Of a stretch of 64,000 nt of DNA, positions 50,521 through 64,000 are shown piece by piece. The stretch is from assembly GCA_030704615.1 (NCBI GenBank), contig CM060732.1:38192001-38256000 (forward strand), read 5' to 3'. Under the pieces are notes generated by a model, which worked only from the letters and a program-made list of their open reading frames with translations, did no database searches and was not told where the DNA came from. Each line of letters opens with the position of its first letter. The stretch's first letter is position 1. Origin of the DNA: Takakia lepidozioides. Taxonomy: Eukaryota; Plantae; Bryophyta. The position numbers and the translations under genes were made by a program.

Positions 50521-51065
50521 TGCTTTTCTCATGGGATGGCTGTCCCTGTAACAGATATGACACTTCGATCAAGAAGTTCATGGATCCAGCACACACCACA
50601 ACATCCAGGTTATCTCTCTACCTCTATCTCTTTTTAGCTTTCATGTGTTAGCTACTGTTATTTGAACTGAGAAAGTGTTATACCAATGCAGTTGTCCTCG
50701 GAGTGTGTGCATATGCACTGAACAGTAACAGTTGTTGACAATTAATTGAGAGAGATTTGACTGGTTCAACTTAATGCAAGCGGTTGTGCAACTTCTAGTA
50801 TGACCAGAGAGGTGTCTATCCCCCAGTTTATGCTGTGGGTTTTGACACAATTGTTACTATGTCCAGATCCCTGATATTTGAGTATGTTTGTGCCTATGGC
50901 AGGGAGAGGTTGAAGAATGATGTGTGGACCTTAAGCCATGAGCCCTTTGTGCGATAGTGCTTTGAAACCTTCCTGATGTTCTGCAAGTCTCTGGCAGTTA
51001 CAGTACCTCGACCGATCGCGCAAGGTTGCATAATTCTAAAAGGAAGAGATGTTTTTGTACATTAC

Positions 51066-51353
51066 CTTTGCCGCCATAATGGTGTGCTGGCCTCCAATTA
51101 CAAAGAATTTTGAGTTATTAAAGTCAGTCGGATGCTGAGGTTTTGAGGCGGACACCTCATTTGCGACGTTTGCATTCATCGGCGCCAGGTAAACGGGATG
51201 CTTAGAGTCTAAAAAGAGATGGGCTTTCACTTCATCCTTATGCTTCACATTGAGAGGGGACAAATGGCAGCAGTTGTGAGTATCTGTAAGTTGTTGGTTG
51301 CTGGTGGGCTCATAGCAGACCTGATATGAGCTGAGCTGATTACTCTTAATCAA
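51066..51353 (-). mobile_element. ParB/Srx-like domain fragment, probably part of a decayed transposon (approx. 51.0-53.6 kb)
   Basis: PLNVKHKDEVK...PVYLAP...FFVIGGQHTIMAAK followed by a GTAAT donor. This resembles the ParB/Srx pattern of helix, P-hydrophobic strand and hhhxGxHRxxA. Surrounding frames are stop-ridden. Confidence 0.4.
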
Positions 51354-54306
51354 ACAGACAGATATGCGTGATTGACGGCTGGTGCTGCAGCAGAATCAGG
51401 AGATGTATAGAGCTGGACCACCACAATGTGAACGATAAATGTATGGTTGGCTAACAAAGTTGTTTATAATTTGTCCTCAGGGAGTGCAGTTAAGTGGTCC
51501 ATTGAAAAGATTGAGCACAATGATTATGGACACCCACAGCTTGATAAAGGAAGCTTATTTTCCAGCGGCGACACAAATGCAGAGAAGTTGGTCAATAGGA
51601 GACGCTTGTGTTCATGTGTGTGCAAGTGTCTCCAGGCCAGGCTACGGTGATATGGGCTCTTCCCCACAATTTGCTACATCACCCCAAAATGGCTGAAATG
51701 TAAAAACATCATCCTGTTCGGAGCTCCCTGTGCTTTACAAGGCCCTGTAGTCTCTGTTTCAAGCTGGTGGGACAATCTGCAGCAAAGTTTACTGGAGTTT
51801 CCTTCACAACAAGTCATCCATATATGGTCGTGTCTCCCATTTATATCCTGAAATCCCTGTCAGCCCAACTTTCCTCTTTCAAAGGAATCCCAGGTCTCCT
51901 TCCCGGGGGAGAGAAGAGGCCAAGGGGACAGCTTCTAAAGGATGAGAAGCTAGATCTGGAAGAAACTGTGAATGGTGATTCCTTGCATGTATCTAACATG
52001 ATCATTCAGGTTGGTGTCGTAGAGAATGGAGGCTTGAGGAGGAAGGTGCAGACATATGGTCGAACAAGTCTTATGGACCTACGCACCTTTCCGAAGGTTG
52101 CCTCTTGGTTACCAGTTGCAATTTGCGGGCCTGAATAGTCAAGCCGCTGGAGTGGCTGGGCAGCTACAAAACCGACTGACTCAAACGCAGGAAAGAGCAC
52201 AGTGAATAAGGTAGTCTACAGCGAGCAAATGCCATACACAATTGCAGTATGTAATCTTTGTTTTCCTTCAAATACAAGTACCATTGCAAGTGGTCCAAGT
52301 GAAGAGGTAGCCAGCCCATATAGGTCTACAAAGAGGAAGATAGCCTGAGCAGCGTTCCTCTCTGACGAAGTCATGTTGTCCATTCAAGGTTAACGTAGTT
52401 TCGGTCACGATAGAACCTACCGAGTTAGAATATGGATCCGGGGACAGATTCTGTTGCTGCGCTGAGGCCAGTGCTGGTATGGGTCCCATGTAAACTCTGA
52501 ACATTTGAAATCTAAGGACTAAAAGCTCTTTGCAATGGCAATGGTGGGGCTAGTGGCGACATCAGCAGTCAAGCCTGAGAGTGTGCCCTTGGTCTGTCTG
52601 GCAGTCGTGTCCAGGTTCAGTATCTCCGGGGCTCTCACATTACATAGTGCTCACCTAACGACAACAGTTTATCGATCCAGCTTTCCATCCTGCCGGCTTT
52701 GCCTGTTATGGCCGACTAGCTCCTGAACACTCATTTTATTCGTCACGATCAGGAGCAGTCCTCTAATCCTTCAAATCTATTCACATCACCAGACGGGACG
52801 ACTGTAAATAATCTTGTCGCAACTGTGGACCTTCTTCTCCAATGAGCGTCGTCTTGCACATCAATTGCCTGACAGACAATCTGGTGTAACTCTTTCAATG
52901 CAACCATAAACTTCAGAGTCAGGGAAAGCCCATATCAGACAGTCCTCAGTCGCAGGGATCCGCAACTTGCAAGATCAATCACCAAGAGGAACACTATGTA
53001 CCTACTCTCCACACGACATCGGAGTGCGTGCAAAAAGATCAGTGGACCTACAGAATTGCACGCTCGCAGTCAGCCAAAACCATATTTTATGATCTGCAAA
53101 GATTCTTCTCACATGCCACACATCCTGCACATGGAATTTGGCTCCATGTGCAAATCCCCACATCACGAGGCACCGCCTGCTCGCTCCTTCTTCACTGCAT
53201 CTTCGTCTCTCTCTAATAACACGCTACACCCCTCCCTCGGGCCTCCATCCCCTCTTCCTCGCCTTGTCTTCACCAACCATGCCTACCACACGCCAATGGT
53301 GATGTACCATGCTCATGCCATACCTTGACCATGGTCATGGCCATCATGTACCGTGACATGATCGTCCTTCCTTTCCGCATTCTTCCTTCTTTTACTCCCA
53401 GCGGTCAAGATCTCCTCAACTACGTCATCCAACGGCTGGTAATGGACGGAGAGAGTCTACATGCCCCAAGTGTTGGTAGGAGCGTGGTAGACCCTACAGA
53501 AACATGCGATCTACCATAGCCGTCGGATTAGTGACCTTTGGGATCGAAGCCGTGGATCTGGAGCTTGGCAACGTGGGATGATGTGACAGGCACATCTGTC
53601 AAGTGACGCCGTAATTGAAAACATTTCCAGTTGTATATTTAAATATTAAAAATAAACGATGTTGTAACCTTTTTATCCGTTTGCTTATAATTTTTCATGA
53701 TATTTTGTAGTTGTTTTTTTTTAAGGGAATTTTATAATGTACTGTAAAGTAAGCAAAACAGAAACCAAAAGCGGATGTGAAAGTAGAAGAGGGTGAGGCA
53801 AAGATAAGAGCAGAAAATGCAGTGGACTTTATTCATGATCCCGGCATCCACAATACGATTTTGAGGGTGTGTTCAATCCTTGGAAGTAATGCTTCAAGGA
53901 GTTTTACCATGATGAATATACATGGTAGTTATTTCAAGAATGTTGAGATCATCCGACTGTAAGCAAAGCCCAAAAAAAGTCGTTGCCAAATGCAAGACTA
54001 AGAAAAACCCGAGAGAAAATTAAGACTCATGGCCGATGATAGCCTTTGAGGATAGGTAGTAGGAAGAGATGCTCAGATCAGGGATGCAGAGCATAAGAGA
54101 GGTGAGGGAGTGGCAATGAAATGAATCGGAGCCAACCGGGAAAATCCCCGTTCCAAAGATGGAAAAAAAATAGCTATCCGGTACTACCAATGGTACCCAC
54201 CAAGACAGATTCCTATGAATTGGGTGTGAATGAGCTTCAGAAGCTCCAGAAAAGAATTGTGGCAGCTTGTTTGGTCCACAGTACTGAGGCGGCACGTCAC
54301 TGTATG

Positions 54307-57300
54307 TTATTGAATCCCCATATACGATGACCTCACACGTTCATATCTGGAGACAGGCACCTGCGACACTGACTCGAAGAGTTGCGGCAGGGATGCCACA
54401 CGGGGGAGATTCATAAGCAAGTCTCCAGAAGAACCATTCTTGCTTAGGCATGACATGACTGAGTTGAACGAGGTGTCCAACAGGCCAGTACCTTTTGGCA
54501 GCTTGCCACTTGTTGCCTGCTCCTTTACTGAGCCCAAAAAACCTTCTATTGCATTGTCACCCTGGCTCAATGCTGAATCAGTGCCCCGCCCAGACACTGT
54601 GTTGTAAAAGCCAAAACTTGCTTCAGACATTTGTAACCCATCAACTGAAGGGTGAGAGGGAGGGCCCGCTTGAAAATCTCTGTTCAAAATAGCTTGCATA
54701 GAGCCCATCTTGGCTGCAAGGAGCATCGCCTGTTCACTTGATAGTGTCGCTGTTGAATCTCCAAGCAGCACTTGGGCTATCTCATCCAATATCTTTCTGT
54801 TTGAAGAAGACACACTACCCGCAGGAAAACCTGCCAAAGACGGCTTGCATTCCCCCATGTCATACGCCATGGGGGATGAGTATAATGAACCCAGAGTTTC
54901 AAAGGGAGCACCGCCTGTGTCCTCTCCCACGTAATATTCCTCACTGTCGCTGTTGCCAGCTTCCTCAGTGCCCCGCATATCGATCACTGTGATACAGCCA
55001 AAATCCATATAGTCTTAGGAAGCCTTCAGCAACAAAAGTCTCCATACAAACAAAATGAAAGTTGACCCAAAGGGGCCACACATGTAAGCCCCAATAAACC
55101 AAGCAGCCTAGTCAAATACTTGACAATGACAAACCTGCAAAGACCTGAAGGACTGCCTCTACTTTGAAGATATGGTAAAATAGTATACCCCATAAAACCT
55201 GCACAATACAGTAGAGAATTGAATCAAGAAAAAACGAAAATAGGGAATATAAAAGTACTTGAGTTTGGGGAAACTGCGTCGCCGGTACGCATGTCAATTG
55301 CTCTCAAGTCCCCCTCCACATCAGGGACAATGCCTATCGTCCCGAGCCTTCCTCCGAGAGGGGAATAAGGAGTCAAAGGAGACAACGGCCCATTGTTCAA
55401 CCCATCATAACCATGGGTTGAAGAATTTAAAGAGTTCGGATGATGCAGTGCAGAGTGCCCTTCGAACAATGAGTCACTTTGATCATAGTGTGGGCTTGAC
55501 CCCATCACAAGGGTTCCCTCAACAAGGGCCTTCAGGCGAGGATCACACTGCACCAGCTTCTCGTAGTGTCTGTTGAGTACACCCTCTGGAAACTGCAGTG
55601 TGTGTCGTCTGTCATCCACAAGAACCCAGAAGCATTGCAGTCAGAAACATTGCTTGACTTAGCAATCTCATGACATGAGGAAGAGGAGAGAGTACGGAAA
55701 GACAGAGAGAATACCCAAGCCACGCTCACATTCATGAGGACAAAGCTTCACGTCTACATTTCTGACAAAAGCCATTTCTCAGTCCATGAAGAAATTCGAA
55801 AGATGCTGAACAAAGCATAGCAAATAACTTGGCAATGGCCAGTTAGAATGAAAACCAGTTCTGGGAAATGTGTTCATCCTAGCCCTATCTAGGAAAAGCG
55901 CTGACCACTAAACGCTGGCAGGGAAGCCAGAGCCTGCCAACCAGCTCCAAGACTCAATCTCTGTTTCAAGCAATTAATGAATTCTACAATGACTAAGCAG
56001 CGAAAGAAATGAGCAAAGGACATCAGTGTTCCAGAAGTTATACTGACTTGCAGATGGTAGCTTGCCCCCCAGTAAAGTCAGAAGTAGCCTGCCACAGTGT
56101 GTGTTTTCTTGGCTGGGGATTCGTCTCCTTAAAAAACAATGGAGGCCTTGATACCTGGAACAGACAGAACGTCCACCTTTCTTTAGTCTTACAACTGAAG
56201 CCTCAGAAATGTGTCTAATATGAATGCAAACAGCTCAATCACCTTCCATACCCTGATGTAGAGGGTCCATCTGAACTGTTTGCATGCTCACCTCAATATC
56301 CAGAGAACCAGGCAAGTTTTCAGGGCAGTTCGCCTTCATAGCCATGATGTCAGACCACTGTATTTCAATCTTGCTTTTCAATCCAGAGTCCAGCACCTCC
56401 CACACGAGCTTCCGCTTTGCGTAGTAGCACTTGGCAACCAAATCCCCCTCATATCTTGACACACGCTGATCAAATAAAGACAAACCCCAAATAGGTTTCA
56501 GTTGTCATCATTGAGCAAAAGTCAGTGCCGCTGATGCCTCCAAAGCATGCAACTTAAGGCTTCTTGTCCCTCCCCTCTAAACCTGATGTTTGGCTGGCCC
56601 CACAAACAGTAACTATTTTCAGTACTACAAGCTCAGCCGACTTCCCATTGGACGATTATTTTCTGGAACATCCTTTGGCAGTTGCCCCTGTGGCAAGTTA
56701 GTGATAAATAACATGGCTTACCTCCCATGTTCCAATCTTCACGGTGGAGGCTGGGAAGTTCGAGGCTTTCAGCTTGTCTTGTGCAGCAGAGCCTGTGGGA
56801 GCCAAACATTTCCCCACTCTATTGCTCCTGCCAAGTCCTGGTTCTTCACTTTCCGAATCTGCAGCATCAGGCGTAGCACACCCATGTCCCAGTTGCAGTG
56901 TGATGAGGTCCAACAACGATGGCGTCTTCCTCAGGGTTAAGCCCAAAGGGCTTGGCTCATCCAAGGGGTTAGAAGGAACAGAATGCGCAGGCACCGGTAT
57001 GGGCGGGAGCATTAGGCTACTTTTCCTTGCAAGTGACTGCTGTGGCTCATTGTAAATACTTGAAGGAGAAGACCCCTCTGCACTCACATGATGAAGTGGC
57101 ACAGCTGGTAATAGCTGGGAAGGCAGACCCACGTGAGTCTGCAACAAACACAGAAAACCACAATAAAACAAAGAGTGGAAACATAATAAGAGAGGCCAAC
57201 TCCACTTTTCCAATACTTTCTGAATTAGGTGGGATGGACTTCTCTGAGCTCTCAAACAGTAGATTCTATCTCGCTGCCTTCCTTGAGATGAGGTACAGGA

Positions 57301-59551
57301 CCCCTTCCATTCCACCTGGAGAGAGGAAGTAAAAAATCACCAGTATCGATGACTGACTACTTTGCCTGCCTAGAATTTGATCCAATTAGATGTAGGTACA
57401 TAGAAAAAAATCTTACAGCTTCCAATATCAACTCAAAAGCCTCTTGGGAACCCAACTTTACAACTTACATTAACCAATCAAAACAGCAAGGGGGCCCGAC
57501 TTGGAATCACTCACATGCTCCTAGGCTCTATGTTCAGACGTTATGGAAAACGTCAAACCCTCACACCTAATGCTTCCCCATAGTAACTGTTTGTAAATCA
57601 AATATGACTTATGCAACCTTATCTTTGAAGCCAGACCGATTAGATTCAGACCCCCCTACATACTTAACACATTTGAGAGGGAAGAGAGAATAGCAAATCC
57701 TTGGACAAGCAAGCAGAGTTAAAACATTAATTTGCTCCACCAAAACTTCAAACAGAGACAGATTGAGAGTTTCCAGAAAAGTTTGTTCTGGTGACTGATG
57801 CTTGTGCACAACCCTAAACGACCTGTTAGTGACGCCTAATCCTAGGAGGAGAAATACACTGTCCAGGGAATGTGGCTGGTCAGAGACTGAAATCTCACGA
57901 GTGGTTGCTGCAGCCATTGGGACAGTAGTGGACAAAGTCAAATTAAATGCATTATGATTGGATCCAACACACGCTACATCAATCATTGCATGACCTCACA
58001 CTGGTTAAGCACATATTACTGGTGTGACTACAATCACTCTCTATTGCCAAAGCATAGCATTCTCTAACAAACATTGATGTCCTTATTTCTTTCATGTGTA
58101 CAGAAGAAGTAATCTGAACAACTTCTACTATCCAGAGTCATTTCACCAACTACGGAAACTATCTGCTGCATTCCATAATCACTCCTGGACTTGACCTTAA
58201 TCCATTGTTCCAGGGCCAAAGAACAACTCTGCCAACGGAACTAAAAACCACAAGAAACTGTGGGTACAGGAGAGACCGATCCATTAGGAAGGGAGCCAGA
58301 GAAGTAATCTGAACAACTTGTACTATCCAGAGTAATTTCACCAACTACGAAAACATATCTGCTGCATTCCATAGTCACTCCTGGACTTATCCTGAATCCA
58401 TTGTTCCAGGGCCAAAGAACAACTCTGCCAACGAAACTAAAAACCACATGAAGCTGTGGTACTGGAGAGATCGATTTACCAGGAAGGGGCCAGTAGTTAA
58501 TTTACCGACTCAGAGACAAACAAGGCATAGTAGGTAACGGGTCAAATAAAAACAACAATACACAAAAACTCTCCAAATCTTGAATCTTGAATTCACATGA
58601 GACTCGAACCTCTTCCATGAGTTTTTTCCCTCCTGTATTTACAACAGAAATCTTTCAAATCTAAACCCTCCTAGTGTTTATTATACTAGTACAACTCTTG
58701 ACCATAACAACCGCAATTGTAAAAGTTGTAACTTCAAATAAGTATATATGAATAAGAGCAGCTAACTCTCTTGCCAACCAACCATTCGGGTTTGTCACCT
58801 AAGTCATGGCCACTTGGAGGTATACAAGGGATCTCACACAGGATGTCTTAAGTAGTTAAGGGGGTTCTTAAGCAAGCCTTACTAGTCAGCACAAGCGTGG
58901 GCTCTGGCATCAAAAGGCAGAAACAAACATGGAACTTTCCTTCCTGTATGCTCGTTTTGTGATTAAGAATGTAAGTCTTGCGGACAAAGTGGTTGTCAAG
59001 GTTACTGGCACTTGGATGTCTACTCACATAAGCAGTGCGGGGCATCTTGAAACTGGATGAGGATTCAGAAAACAAACAGACAAATAAGCACACCATGGTA
59101 ACCAGACATGGCCCTAACCGAACATAGACAGGGCGTTAACTACATAAATACTACCCGAGACCACGGAAAAATGTAAGACGCCATTGAGAGCACAAGGTGA
59201 AGGACTAGGTCAGGGAAACAGTATAATCATAACATGCACCTTTCCCGGGGCGGGTAGGAGAGAGTCATGGAGCTTGGAACGCTTGCGGCCATGCAGGAAA
59301 TAGTCAAAGTCCGTGCGCTCCACCTCTCCTTCTCTGTAATGTTGTGGCTCCAGCTTCGGGGCTGTAAGAGGTGGCAGCGGCTGCAATTGCATCCCGGTGG
59401 TCGCTGTGGCAAACTGATTGTCCTTGACATCTGCACCATGGCTTTGCCAATCCGGTGAGGGTGTCACTCCTGTCAATGCGTGGTGGGGCTCCAACAGTAC
59501 TCCTGCAGGTCTATACTTTTTCTGCGTTGTAGGAGATACATATGACACCAT
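54307..59551 (-). CDS. Conserved plant protein of the At2g24100 (ASG1) / TRF2-HOY1 PH-like domain family; six coding exons, apparently intact
   Basis: Phase-consistent GT-AG exons 59551-59240, 57138-56722, 56465-56292, 56154-56048, 55608-55259 and 54986-54307. Motifs: DEPSPLGLTLRKTPSLLDLI, KLKASNFPAS..KIGTWE, SRYEGDLVAKCYYAKRKLVWEVL, PPLFFKETNPQPRKHTLWQATSDFTGGQA, HYEKLVQCDPRL and GDLLMNLPRVASLP. Confidence 0.9.
58101..58493. repeat. Intronic tandem duplication, period ~196 bp, moderately diverged
   Basis: Copies begin at 58101 and 58297 (GAAGTAATCTGAACAACTT...TCCATTGTTCCAGGGCCAAAGAACAACTCTGCCAACG). Confidence 0.9.
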
Positions 59552-60649
59552 TCTCCACCTCCCCACTTTCCCACGTCCCCGCTGGCCTCTGGTGCTTGCG
59601 AGAGGAAGCTAGCTCCTGTATATTATGCCTATTCACCCTACGCCTATGTAAAATATAGGGTCTGATGATAAATTACCAGTTCCACTCCCACTACTATCAA
59701 GAGTAGGATACACTTTCACAGATGAAGAGTGCAAACAGAAGGCTACAATACAAATCCGGAGTTCCTGCCACCAGACTCGTTACTCCGTAAACTCGATTAC
59801 AATTACGTAGCAAGACTGACTTACTCAGTAGTTCTCATGCTAGCGAAATAGATCCTCCTCAAGAAGCGACCAAGGACGACGGCATGAGTAGATCAATCCT
59901 CCCCGCATGGCCTCCCCCGTATTGAGAAAGAGAAAGAAGGACAACTCTAAAGAAGGGACAACACGAGTTACTTGGCGAATTCTTAGCCTCTGAATGTGTC
60001 AATCCGCATTTCTCGACAATATAACCGTATGAGGCAATGGAAAAACTAATAGTGTATCATCTACCACTCGACCCACCGCCTTTCAATCAAAGAAGGAAGC
60101 CAAATGAACTGAAACGCGCACAGAATCGCACAGCAACCCTAAGAATGCCCCCAAACGGCTCCCCAGGCCCCGCTCGCTTCCACAGCTACGAGACCGAACC
60201 TGAACAATAGCGAAGCGAAGAAAGTAACAACACAATTTCTCCAACCTCCCCAGCACCGCCTCCTCCACACTCGTCCCAACCACGCATCTGCGAGCTTGCA
60301 GAATGCAGAACGCAGAATCCGATCGCGAGAGCAGGCGCTGGAAAGAGATTCTGTGCGAGCCCGCTATCCTTTTGTAGAATGCGGCCGTATCTACATGTAT
60401 GTATGCCCCATGCGGGCCCTCCCATGCCCATCCCATGGCATGCCGTCGGTGACTTCGCTCGGTCAGTAGAGGGTCAGATCCAGGCTACCGGCGGACGCCG
60501 GCACTGATAAAGCCTGTCCCCACATCCACAAGTGGATGAAATTCGTGATCCATTAAACGTATGGCCACAAGAGAACTGACAAACTGATATGGTCAACCAA
60601 AAGTCCCCCACGCAAATGCTTTAATATATTCTACTCTCATAATGTAGCA

Positions 60650-60935
60650 ACGCACGTACAGCACGCGGGGATTTGAGCCTGAAACGTGGTGCCCACCACT
60701 GGATGAATGTACCTTTCGTCCATCTAACAAAGTGCGGTCCCTCCCGTGGTTAAGCGGCCGCTGTCCACGTCGGACGCTCAGTTAGTGAGACGTTAGTAAG
60801 CGGTTAGTAAATTCCATGACCCGGTCAACTTACGGCAAGTACTCGGTCAAACAGAGCCTGACGTGTGCTACATCCAGACGACAAGTGCCTTTTGGCTTTA
60901 TGAATCCAGCTCCCCACGTTTTTCCACGTCGTCTA
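60650..60935 (-). promoter_or_regulatory. Cluster of ACGT-core (ABRE/G-box-like) motifs upstream of the ASG1-family gene
   Basis: CACGTA ~60653, ACGTGG ~60684, CCACGT ~60765, ACGTGTG ~60861, CCACGT ~60914 and ~60924. These could alternatively be TE-terminal sequence. Confidence 0.3.
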
Positions 60936-62024
60936 CAGCATTATTTTTTTATTTTATTTTATTTTATTTTTCTCAATTTTTGATTTCAGTAACCTTTCCG
61001 TTTATTTATTAAAAATTGTTAATAAAACCTATTACGAAAACAAAATTACGAAATCATGCATAAGAATTCATTCATCCATGATGGAGGAAAAGATGGGCCT
61101 ATCAGAAACTTGTTCCCGACAAAGACTGCTCGACAAGTTTGGGGAATTTTTCGTCGCGATCAATGGGCCTGTGTGTGCAACATTTTTGTTACAATGATAA
61201 CAACTATGAAGGTCACTGTATAATTTACGCTTCCTCCGGGAGGCCTTCTCTTTCTTTCTTTTACTTTTGGATATATCACTGAAAACTTTGAATATCCTGT
61301 GAACAAACCACCATACAAGCTAGTAAAAGCAAGTGTAGGTAAGAATGACTCAGGACGGCAAGTACATTCACCCCCTTTGGACTTGCGTACAGTATCTGGT
61401 AGTGCAACTCTCCACACAATCGGTCTATGTGGACTATTAACCTCTATGTCCATCCACCCAGGTGCATCTATCATTCATTCATCCTCCTGAAGCTCATCCA
61501 ACGGACGCAGGGGATTGCATGACCAGTAACTAACAACTAACTGGTAATGGATCCCCGCACCCCATTGGCTGTGACATGACTTGCCATCATGGCCGGCCCG
61601 AACGAATGGCACATCTATTTTTCACGTGTCAAGAGAGCCCATGACAATAGCACGTGGCGACTTTCTAGTGGGAGACGGTGAACTTAGCGACGGAGATGCC
61701 AACTGGCCAGCAATCGCACGTCGGGCCAAAATATAAGTCCAACGTATCAGAATTTACCAACGGCCCGCAAATCGCAATGTCGCCATAGGTAAATAGGGCA
61801 TCCAATTAAAGGGTTGTTTCTCGATGGTAACCAGCAAAACGGACTGCCCTTCCGATAAGTGAACGAGTATGGAAGAGAAAATCTCCGTTGAGGGCATCAA
61901 AACTCGACGGCGTTTGGCCACGTCTTGTAGCCTTAAAAACACACGTGGTCAATACCAGAGATGGTGGGCAACTTACCGCATCCAACGACCTTCTTCACAG
62001 AATTAACTGGGCTAAACTTAACCC

Positions 62025-62075
62025 GCATCCCTACATTTAGAGCATCCCTACATTTAGGAACTGCCCTACGTTTAT
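62025..62075. repeat. Short tandem repeat, 17-bp period (GCATCCCTACATTTAG x2 plus a degenerate third copy)
   Basis: Copies at 62025 and 62042; CCCTACGTTTA at ~62064. Confidence 0.7.
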
Positions 62076-63566
62076 AGCGGGAACAGCTCTTATTTACACA
62101 AGCTTCGACGAATTTCTTTCTCTCTCCATCTATTTATTTACACATATAGGAATAACCACTCTAGAATGAACAGGCCAACCCAAACTTGGGGGACTTATTC
62201 GAAAAGATCTACGTAGGTTTTCTACTGTTATTCTAGATCGACGGTGGCTGGCCTACGCCAATATATATTCAATTGGAGTTAGGGTAAATAAGAGGCCCTT
62301 CCGAGCTATGCCAAATTGTGACGGACAAAAAAATTAGCATATTTTATTCGACTTGGGGTGAGTCCCGGGTGACCGGGTCAAGTATGTCGGCTGCGGGGAG
62401 GGGGGAGGCTAGGCAGACTTGACTTGTGTAGCTTCAGAATGGCTGAAGCTAATGAGGATTCGAGACGCGGCCGATCGGTACGGCGGAACGGATGTACATA
62501 CAGTGCCAATCATGGATGAAATTCAAACCGCTCGATGTGCGTGCCACGTGTTGTCCCGATTGCAGGCCTTGTGGGCTAGGTGCATGTGGGCCTTCGGATG
62601 AAGGAGCTGACGTCGTCTAATTTTACTGTCTGCCGTGCGATGACGTGGTATGGCCTTTTCACACGCGACGCCTCGAGGCCGCCCTGTTTTGGCAGTTTCG
62701 CCGCAGCTTTCGCCACATGCCCTTCTCCGCATGTGTATGGATGGGCCATGCATGCCATGTGATATGTACCTCACATCCATCATGCTTGCGTGCATGCATC
62801 CAGAGCACCATTCGGTCGGATTGCTTGAAGCGATCTCTGTTTCGCTTTGATGTGGTAAGGAGGTGAGGAGATGAGATCATGGAAGTGTGAGGAGGTGAAT
62901 GTTTGTGCTTAAGAAGTGGCGACTTGCAGATTCTGCTTCCCTGTTTCTTGCGGGTTGAGGGTGTGTAGGCTTGTTTGCATTTGTTGGCACTGTATACATG
63001 TAAACACGTACTGGTGAGGTTTGAGAGTGTTGGAATGTTTACATTTGGTTGGCATGTAGACATGTAAGCAATCACGCACTAAATCATCTCTGGGAATCGA
63101 AACGGGCAGACAGGATACAGGGATGCACGTTCGCCCTTGGCTTTTCCAAGCTCTACCAAAACCTCACATATTTGAAGTCCAGCAGTTGTTTTTATTATGT
63201 AACACATCACTCAAGGATTGTACTAACCACAAAAGTCCACCTGATCACTAAGGGAACTCTTGAAGATCTTTTGAGCTTTAACCTAGCCAGCACTGCGATG
63301 TTTTCTCTAACACTCCATACGGTGAAGCGAAATATGAAGATGTTTTGAATTATACTAGTGATATGTTGTGAAGTTATGATTGTATGAAGAGGACACACAT
63401 TTTGTCTATATCGAAATTTCTGCGAGGTGCAAGAAGTGATATGATCAAATGACTGATTGTCATTCCAACTGATATCACATTCACTGAAAGATTTCACAAG
63501 AAGAGATATGATATGACGAGCGCCTTTCTCTAAGTAAACTCCACACTTTCACGGCTGTAAGCAAGG

Positions 63567-64000
63567 TCAGCCGACTCCCTTCAAAGATTTTTCAGCGCCG
63601 TGCCCCCAACACTCGCAACAAATCTGAAGCAGTGGTAACAATTGTGCCATCTCATAATTACTGCTCATCCGCTGGAAGTGTTGAAAGAGTGACCAAAGGC
63701 ACCCCCTCCAAAATAAAACAAGACGGTTGGTTTTGAAGTGATGAAAGCGTTGGAATCTCTCTTGCTCCACAATCTTGAAGATGGCATTATGACATCGATA
63801 CACACCTAGAGGATCTGAAGGGGGAGCGCTGATGACGCCGAAAGCAATGGTCACCATTTCGCTGTTGTGGCAGGGAGCCTCTTCCTTCTGCGGCTGACGC
63901 ACATCGTGCGATACAAAGCCAGTTTCGGGTACGTATCTTGTCTCCTTCATCTGTGTAGTCAGTCTCCCCAGCTCACCATATATCACTGTCTGTTGGTGCG
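63567..64000 (-). pseudogene. Degenerate DYW deaminase domain, the 3' end of a PPR gene that begins beyond the window
   Basis: IYGELGRLTTQMKETRYVPETGFVSHDV...CHNSEMVTIAFGVISAPP...CH...KIV...RFHHFK aligns to the DYW consensus. The HxE His is replaced by Asn, KNLRVCxD is deleted and the CSCxDYW end is lost. Confidence 0.85.

Overview
Nuclear genomic DNA of a spore-bearing land plant. It has GT-AG introns, a ciliary dynein-assembly gene (implying flagellated sperm) and PLS/DYW PPR genes (implying organellar RNA editing); the species cannot be determined from this window. Host genes, in order: the 3' part of a DNAAF4/DYX1C1/PF23-like TPR gene (1-2349 +); a ~13 kb, repeat-expanded MEB/VIT1-family gene with an extra N-terminal CxxCGWxYPN zinc finger and many 1-2 bp indels (13.5-26.3 kb +); a PLS-class PPR gene with an intact ~24-motif array but a decayed E/E+/DYW tail (33.2-36.0 kb +); an intronless core-2/I-branching (DUF266/BC10-type) glycosyltransferase (41.7-42.9 kb -); a dihydrofolate synthetase copy missing its P-loop exon (44.6-47.8 kb -); a PPR pseudogene (~50 kb); an apparently intact ASG1/At2g24100-family gene (54.3-59.6 kb -); and a dead DYW domain at the right edge. 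Mobile DNA includes a CACTA terminus, a piggyBac-like MITE with perfect 16-bp TIRs, a LINE C-terminal fragment and a ParB-like fragment. The most unusual signal is an intronless, stop-interrupted ~470-codon reading frame (7464->6051 -) whose C-terminal part carries the ordered catalytic motifs of a tyrosine recombinase. It may be a fossil of a YR-encoding mobile or viral element, a class not typical of land plants. All family assignments are from motif recognition by eye; no database search was run.
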